A stretch of DNA of 64,000 nucleotides from Octopus sinensis. Its lineage: Eukaryota. The notes below the pieces were generated by a model that worked only from the letters and a program-made list of their open reading frames with translations, did not search any database and was not told the origin of the DNA. The translations under genes were made by a program, and so were the position numbers. The DNA is taken from the NCBI RefSeq assembly GCF_006345805.1, contig NC_042997.1:3906001-3970000 (forward strand), written 5' to 3'. Positions 55,401 to 64,000 of this stretch are shown here, one piece after another. How positions within the stretch are numbered: the stretch's first letter is position 1; each line of letters starts with the position of its first letter.

Positions 55401-55932
55401 AATAAGATGGACCCTGTAAACATCTCGGAAAATATTTTAAAAATGTAAGCATTTGAAAATTGTGTTCTACTGCGCAGAGAAATATGTTTATATTGTGACA
55501 GAGAAATATCCAACATTAGCTTAGTATTCAATATATAGAATATGGTAATAAATTGCATTGTAGGAAAGAAAAAAGAAAAGGTAACATTCAATATGTGCAG
55601 CGGTTGTATATCTGTCTACTCTGAAAATACTGAGAATCATTTAAAAACACAAAGCAAACGCCACCTTTCTTTCATTCCCCACTCACTCCCTCCCTGTCCC
55701 TCCTTTATTTCACGTTACCGCTCACTTCAAATATAATTCCAATACTTAACACATTTTATTTCTATTTCCCCTTCTACTTATCCTTTCAGGTGTAGCAATG
55801 TTGGAGCAACATCAACAGGTATATGCTGAGAGCGAGAGAGAGAGAGAAAGACTGAGACAGAAGGAGAGAGAGAGAGAGAGCTTGTGAGAGAGGGAGAGAA
55901 TCAGACAGACAGTCACATAGATCGATCGCTAG

Positions 55933-55966
<34 letters not shown>

Positions 55967-55968
55967 TA

Positions 55969-56001
<33 letters not shown>

Positions 56002-56183
56002 CATACATACATACATACATACATACATACATACATACATACATACATACATAGGCCGCTGTTAAGACCAGCTTAATACCCATATTGACCTTAATGTCTG
56101 AAAATATTTTCCTGCTTCTGTATTGAATATTGTTTCATTTTCTTCCAAACTCTTGAAGTTTTATCTTCCTCCAGTCCACTCAC

Positions 56184-56452
56184 ATGGCCAAAATTAGCTG
56201 CAGCTCTAATTGAAAAGGACCAGCCTTATCACATTCTGTGTGAGGCCGAATATCTCTGAGAACTACGTTAATGTCATGCATGTCTGTGGAGTACACAGCT
56301 ACTTGCGCCTTAATTTTTTTCCTGGTGTGGTAATGAAACTTGAAAGTGGCATCAATATTTGCTGTAGTTATTTGTTTTTGAGTAAACAATGTTTGTATGT
56401 ATCTACTTTTCTTTTGTATCTTCCCTACTTTTACTGCATGTATCAGTCCACT
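56184..56452 (-). CDS. Candidate 269-nt coding exon, unknown protein
   Basis: Acceptor ttttttatcaatattttcag, donor CAT|gtgagt, only one open frame (89 codons: SGLIHAVKVGK...DINVVLRDIRPHTECDKAGPFQLELQLILA); non-repetitive sequence. Confidence 0.4.
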
Positions 56453-57097
56453 CTGAAAATATTGATAAAAAACATTTCCTCTTTTCCTTTCAGCCATCAC
56501 TCAATCTCACTCACTCTGCCACTCACTTCAAATATACTTCCTCTGTTTAATACATTTTATCATGTTTTTTCTTTCTACCTGTCCCTTCCCCTGTAGAAAA
56601 GTAACAGTAGCATCCACAGCAATTTGCTGAAAGAAAGAGAGGGAGAGACAGAGAGAGGGAGAGATATTGTGTTTTAGAGAGAGAGACAGAAAGACAATAT
56701 AACTCTCAGGCAGATAGCTAGCTAGATAAATAGACAGACAGATAGATAGATAGATAAATACATACATACATACATACATACATACATACATACATACATA
56801 CATACATACATACATACATACATACATACATAACACTTCCCCTTCGTTGCAGAGTTGCCTTTCACTTCAATTATACTTCCTCTGCTTTTGCCAATCCCCT
56901 CAAACTCGATTTGCCACTCGCTTCAGCGATGTCACCTGAGCTTAAACTCTTTTATTTCTCTTTTTTTTTTGTACCTGTCCAATTAAATATTTCACTCTTC
57001 CTTTAAAGTGACTGTGACACACACCACATGTACGTACAGAAATAAACAAAACATAGCTTATTAATATTATTAATAACATTGATGATGATGATGATGA

Positions 57098-57182
<85 letters not shown>

Positions 57183-57249
57183 TACAACAACAACAATAGT
57201 AATAATAATAATAGAAAAAAGAGAAAAATATGTCAACACTACTAAGTAA

Positions 57250-58149
57250 CATGCAATTGAAAATGAATGAAACTGAAAATAGGTGGGTAAAAAAAGAATG
57301 CATGGACAATTTCAAAGGGATGGTGAAGATACGATAGACAGAGAAAAAAGATGACTGTGGATGACTAAAAGTGATTTAAAACCGAAAACAGGGTCTCAAA
57401 TCTGTGCTGCCCATGTGCAAGCACTAACAAATACATAGAATACAGAATATACAACACATCAGAAAGTGATAAGTGCAGAATACGGGGACAAAATGGTGAA
57501 ACCGTATGGCACATTACCAAACAATGTACGCCACTAGCCAAAAATGACTATAAGAGATACCACGACAATATAACAAGGTTTGTTCATTGGGCGTTCTGCA
57601 ACAGGTACTGACATGACAGAGCAAAAAGTTGGTACGACGACAAACCCGAAGGCGTCATCGAAAATGGTAATGCAAAGATCCTGTTGGATTTTATGACTTA
57701 GTACGACCATGTGATAGAGAATAGGATGCTCAACATAATCTTGGTTGAGAAAGAAATCAAACTATGCTGAATGAGAGATATAGCATGCCCAGCTGACAAC
57801 AAGATATGCGATAAGGATGAAAGAGATTCCATAGATATGACATATTAACTTGGAAGTTTCAGCAGTTGTGGTCGTTGAAAAAGGTAACAGTAGTACCGAT
57901 AATAGTTGAAGCTCAGGGAGCAGTGAATAAAAATCTTGAGAAGTACATGGAACAAACAGGAGCTGGAATAAGGGTTGAGCACTTGCAGAAAACAGTACTG
58001 CTTAGGACCGCACGAATACTCTTGAAGGTGCTCGAAAATTAAGATGTGTTACCTTAGTTCATTGGTTGTGAACAGCTGACACCGTAGTGCATCTCCAGCG
58101 TTAGAAGCTGTGCAAAGGTAATAATGATAATAATGATAATAATAATAAC

Positions 58150-58219
<70 letters not shown>

Positions 58220-58234
58220 GTAGTAGTAGTAGTA

Positions 58235-58270
<36 letters not shown>

Positions 58271-58320
58271 TAATAATAATAATAATATAATAATAATAAT
58301 AACAACATTAATATTAATAA
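57250..58320 (+). mobile_element. R4/Dong-like non-LTR retrotransposon 3' part (CCHC knuckle plus RLE) with (TAA)n tail
   Basis: RMHGQF, DKCRIRGQNGETVWHITKQC, WYDDKPEGVIENGNAKILLDF, DIACPADNKI, VTVVPIIV, LQKTVLLRTARILLKVLEN; several stops. Confidence 0.92.
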
Positions 58321-58329
58321 TAAAATAAA

Positions 58330-58780
58330 TGAATAACTGGAAATTGTTACAATCATGATCAACAGTCTTCCAAAGAAAATGAGAAATACAGGTCCTTGCG
58401 GGAGTTTCTCATAAGGACTGACAATACTATTGAAGCAAGAAGGCTATATATTAGTATTGATGAAAATGAAACAGTGCCAAATCTTTGATGTTGCTATTCC
58501 CTACGAAAATAGAGTCGATACTAAATGAAATTGCATGAAATTGTGAAATACGAGAACCACGCCAGAGAGATATGTAGACTCTGGAGGACAAAGAGAGCGT
58601 TTATTCATGTGGTAATTGCTACACTACCGGCATTAGTCTAAATACCAATTAAAAGGCTGAATCTTTTTGGAATCGAAACGTCCTGCACTAAATTACTCAC
58701 CTACTTCCTTGAAATATCCTAAGGAATGTTTTCGAGATTAGAGGAGTCTCGTTGTCAATAGACATCCCTGCTAACTAAAT
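58330..58780 (+). mobile_element. Older RLE non-LTR remnant
   Basis: ENEKYRSLREFLIRTDNTIEARR and QIFDVAIPYENRVD...REICRLW fragments. Confidence 0.7.
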
Positions 58781-59197
58781 GATCATGCACTACTGTAGCA
58801 GAAGCAGCAACTGCATCAGCAGCCACACCAGCAAGCTCAAAATCAACAACAGTAGCAAAGTATCGACAACACCAAAATTCGAGTCATTTTTGCATCATTA
58901 GCGAAAAAGAGCAATAAATAGTGAAGATAAGTCAGTTATTGTTGCTGCACGAAGAATATTCGCCTGAAATGCACGCATACACACGCGCATGCACACACAC
59001 ACAAACTAGTTATACATAACCCAAACTGTTGAAAATTCTACAGCCGTCACGATGAATTATATTGCATTTATCCCGGTGTCGAAACAATTACCATATTTTC
59101 CATACCCGAAGATGAACATTATTACGAAGTGGACGAGAAGTCTTGATCTAAGTGCTCTCGAAAACTTGAATAATATTTCGAAACGAATATACTGAGC

Positions 59198-59382
59198 AAA
59201 TTGTCAAAACGAACGAAAATCCGCTAGTCGTATATCACAGACTGGTCAAGAGAAAAGGGCAAATCATTCTGCATGACAATGATCGACCACACGTGTCACT
59301 ATTGACGCTTCAGAAGTTGAGGGAAATTGACTACGAAGTTCACCGCCACCACCACCACCACTACCAGCTGTTCCCCACACTT
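59198..59382 (+). mobile_element. Duplicate of mariner segment 53127-53299
   Basis: Near-identical, including ctgcatgacaatgatcgacca and ccactaccagctgttccccacactt. Confidence 0.9.
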
Positions 59383-61358
59383 GAGATTTACAGCAAACTA
59401 TTATACAGAAATGTCGAACGAAATTAATGCGCTTTAATTTTGAATGTGAGTAGTAGGCTGCAGTAGTGTCATCGCTAAAATCTAATTAATAATTACAGCA
59501 ACTACATGAAAACTCTATGAAAGATACCATTATTTTTCTGTAGGGCAACAATTCTTCTTCTCATTATCGTATAGATAAAAGTTTTTAAGGAAGTGGTATT
59601 ATTATTTTTTGTGACGCCCGTAATAATGTGAATTCGACAAATTTCAGAGTTGTTGAAAAGGATTTTCTGAAACAATGACGTGATTATGCTTGCGACATCA
59701 ATCATTACGATATTGTAATTACTCGATGGACTCTTTTTTCCTTGTCTCTCATGATTTTATCAAGTCACGAGCGGAAGTGTAATTGGTGAAAGGATACACG
59801 AAAATTTGTGAGTGAGACTTAAATTTCAGATGTCCTGTTCTGAATCCAGGTGCACTATCAGAACTTCACTTCGCCTCAGAACTTAGTAAGAATTATCCAA
59901 GACGTAAACAGTATCTTTGTTTGCTTGAATGATTGAATCGCAAATTTCCATCAACAATTCAAACAATTGGTGGCAGCTGCTCGATTTCAGACAAACGTTT
60001 GTGCCTCAACAGTTGATGCTGCACTTGAGTTAGGGTGAGTGATTGGACACTATCTGATCTGAACTATATAGCCATCTTCACAAATCCGTTATAGCTATAG
60101 ACAAACGTATTTCAGAAGGGCATCTAGAATCATGTTAGTGTAACAGAGATACAGTTGACAATTGCTGACAAAAGGAAGCGAAAATATCAAAAAGCATCCA
60201 CGTCCAAATTCTATGTTACCATTTTTACAGCAAACTATTATACAGGATTGTCGAACGAAAGTATTCCTACTTCGAGAGATATTAACGCTCCTAACAAATA
60301 GCCAGACCATTTTTTATATCATTGTAAATTTGGGATAGATACTTCGGCTTTAATCAAACATAGGACTTTGCTAATATTGAAAATCTTTGCTGGCAAAGTT
60401 TGTTTCTTATGATCGGTACCTTTTCAAATATGTCGTAAAATTGCGGAAAGAAATACGCATGTCTAAATCTATGTCAACAAAACGTCACACAGTTTTTCAA
60501 AATTAAATTATTTCATACTTAATATTTCTTGATAAATTACACTGACATGTGTTCATTTAGAAAAATTCACTTCCAAGGATATTTTCCGATGCGGAATTGC
60601 TTAAAAATTCTGCGTCATATTTTAAGCATTGGCTAGCTACATTCATTGAGTAAATAGTTTGCTATACTATGTGCTTAATTCCACTCAAGCGATATGCCAA
60701 AACCTTCATTCATAATCCACAATTTATTAGCATTACTGTTGTTAGAGCTCTAAGCAACATATAATTTTTATTATATTTTGAATGGTGTATATGGAGAGCG
60801 TCACAGTCCTCAAATGTTCAGTGGTGTTGTCTGAATTTACGTTTACTTCAAGTTTTATCGTTGTTCTCCTTGTACTGAGTTGGACGTGACTGGATGATTC
60901 TGAAATGTTTTAGTTAATCTTCTCTGGGGACTGTGCATTTGATTCCAGTACGTTATAGACACAGCAAATTGCAAGAATTTACAGTAATTGCAGAATTTAT
61001 TTTAAGTTCAGCATTATCATTAGTCCATTGCATCAGCGTATTTCGTTACAGTTTAAAATATATTTCAGTTTAATCGGAGCAACATTCCGATATAGTTCAG
61101 TAAATCTTCATAAAAAAAAATTATTTTTAATTGATAGGATAGAAGACATATTCTATTGTAGTAAGTGGCCACAGTTTCAAAAGTCGGCATCCATGTTTAT
61201 ACATATATATATATATATATGTCTCAAGAGATTCATCTTATAATGATTTCAATTTTAGAAATTAATTATCTAATGGTTTCTGAATCGAAACACCTGTCAG
61301 AGATGTCATATTTTATTATTGATAAATATTTTATTACATACCTCTCCATTTTCCCCTT

Positions 61359-61452
<94 letters not shown>

Positions 61453-61590
61453 ATATATATATATATGTATATATATATATGTGTGTGTGTATATGGGTAA
61501 GGAGAGGTAATGATGCCAATAAGAACCACAGGTATCAGGTAATGGTGAGTAATAGCTATGGACAGAACAAAGTTAAGCACCAGGTTCGAT

Positions 61591-61821
<231 letters not shown>

Positions 61822-61843
61822 TACATATATATATATATAAATT

Positions 61844-61917
<74 letters not shown>

Positions 61918-61954
61918 AATGTTTCAGAACGTAATAATAATCCAAGTCCGTAAA

Positions 61955-62575
61955 AGTGTTTAGAACATTCATAAATAGGTCTTACAGCTGTTTCCGGGAT
62001 ATTGTATGAACTCCTTCATCGGAGACGATGTGATACAATGGTTAAGCAATATATAATTTAGATAACATATGAAGTAGAGTGTGAAGTGGTGGAATGAAAA
62101 TAGATGTGAGATATGCAGATCCATCATTTAGGCAGAAATTTATACATATAACAAGATTCCAATAATTTGTTGGTAAGTTCCAATAGTATTTAAAATCGGT
62201 CTTTCCAAGTGTAGAGATTGTACACAGTGGTATCGAATCCATGGTTTTATTTAATGTGACGTAAAATTAGGGAATGTACTTGTAAGGTCAAATCGAAAAC
62301 TCTATACTTGGAATGACCAATTTGAAACACTATTTGAACTTACTCATAACGTATTGGAATCTTATATGTATACAATTCTGTCTAAATAATGTATCTACAG
62401 ATGCAATATCCCTGCGTATCTCACATCTATTTTCATTCCCCCACTTCACTCTCTATTTCATATCTTATCTAAATTAACTATTGCTTAACCATTTACTCAC
62501 ACCGTCTCTTTTGAAAGGATATATAAAATATCCCGGATACAGCTGTAAAACATTCTATTTATAAATTTTCTAAAA
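61955..62575. repeat. Diverged inverted repeat (~260-bp arms), PLE terminal-repeat-like
   Basis: 61955-62215 is the reverse complement of ~62300-62575. Confidence 0.85.
61979..62026 (-). ncRNA. Minimal type I hammerhead-like motif
   Basis: GUCU-CCGAUGA-AGGAG...UCCCG-GAAAC-AGCU-GUA-AGAC: 4-bp stem I, palindromic AGCU loop III; a more decayed copy lies at 62504-62551 (+). Confidence 0.6.
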
Positions 62576-62606
62576 TCTTTCACAACGTTGAATTTTTACC
62601 TCATTC

Positions 62607-62681
<75 letters not shown>

Positions 62682-64000
62682 TAATTATTTTTAAAATTTA
62701 AAACGTTTTAGCCCTAACTTGTAGAAACAAATGCTAATTTACCAAAACATAAACTATATAAGCACATATAAATATGTGTGCCTGTGTATATGTATATTTA
62801 GCGTAGAATCTAATATTATACCGTTGAGAAGATTATGAGAAATGAAGTATATAGTATGAGAAAGGCTGCATAGTGTGTTGTATTACATTGATATTTCTTT
62901 CCTTAAATATAAGTATTTGCAACGAGGTTTAAGATTCAGGAATTAATTCATTCGTTTGTGCAAAGGCTAAAATTTTGATTAAAAAGATTCAACTCCAAAG
63001 CTTTAAATCTTCAGTAATTGTTCTATGTATAATTCGAAGCAAATTAAAGGTAATTGAAAATAATATTGAAAGAAATGGAGAAGATTACCGATAATAGTTT
63101 TCACAAATTCTTTTATATTTTATTTATTTATACGTTTCAGGCTTAAGGCTATAACCATGCTGGGACACCGCCAGGTTAATCACATTTTTAACGACCAGTT
63201 TTCTGCGATTTTGTTGAAAGAGGGAGTACGACACAGGTGACCTGTTTTGATTCTCTTACCTTGATATTAATTCATCTGAGAACTTGGATAGGTCAAGTTG
63301 TCCTTGGAAACATCTAACACCACTCCATCAAGATATATCAGATGATTTGGTAGGGCGTTAAATATCTGTAAGCTCCTGGATTTCAAAGTATTCCAGTATA
63401 CAGTCCTCACTCTAGATGGAACAGATGGGATGTAATTATTTTTTTAGCAAGTTATAATATTAATAATCCCTAAATTAGAAAAAACGTATTAGGCGATATT
63501 TTATAACGATACACAGAATACTAAAGGTAACCTTGCGATATCCTCAGAATTCTTATATTGTGGTGTCTAACCACTGGATATTGACAATGCACAATTCCAA
63601 AAATATTGAAATTTTACACACACATACATAGAATGTGTTAAGTTTACGTATAATAATTTCATTCTTTTACTGAGATTAGACATTTAAATACCATATAATA
63701 ATGACAGGTAAATTTTAAAATGTTTTCTTATGGAATATTTTAACTGTTATACTTTAGAATAAGGATGTCACTTTGAAAAATAATATTGCTTCCTGTATAT
63801 AAAATCGCTGAAATCTCTTTTGTGGGTTGTGTTTTTTCTATTTATTATTTGTAATACAGCATTTACAGATGTGTTGCTAAAAGTTTAAGCTATATTCTGT
63901 ATTAGATTGCACAAAATATTTTGGAATATATGATCTAGCCTAAGTACAAAGGATCATAAAATCGGCTTCACCCCTTATACAATCGATGTTTTGAAAAATC

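Noticed and set aside
59975-60035. TNVCASTVDAALELG|gtgagt, superficially isochorismatase-like
   Set aside because: Too short, motif spacing is wrong, and no other exons of such a protein are visible.

Overview
AT-rich, microsatellite-dense eukaryotic DNA, intergenic or from a large intron. The SINE families and the mollusc-type 5S sequence suggest a cephalopod, probably Octopus; this is inference from my recall of those families, not a database result. I recognise no intact host gene. Most ORF-track entries are translated microsatellites. The window is a mosaic of decayed elements: at least six Penelope-like (PLE) RT/GIY-YIG remnants, six mariner/Tc1 copies plus a duplicated mariner fragment, four non-LTR remnants with restriction-like endonuclease (RLE), several tRNA-type SINEs, a Helitron-like 3' end and one 5S rRNA copy abutting a SINE. 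The most notable signal is three unrelated repeat families that each carry a type I hammerhead ribozyme (HHR)-like fold in inverted arms pointing away from each other. (i) A ~541-bp-unit tandem and inverted array at 39.4-41.9 kb has five minimal HHR-like motifs, a retrozyme-like architecture. (ii) An inverted repeat at 42.4/44.2 kb has two identical HHR folds with all three stems. (iii) An inverted pair lies at 62.0/62.5 kb. All three have non-canonical core or stem II positions, so activity is unproven. A few minus-strand candidate exons, including a duplicated 76-nt pair that would be frame-incompatible if spliced in series, may belong to an unidentified host gene. Most element boundaries are approximate.
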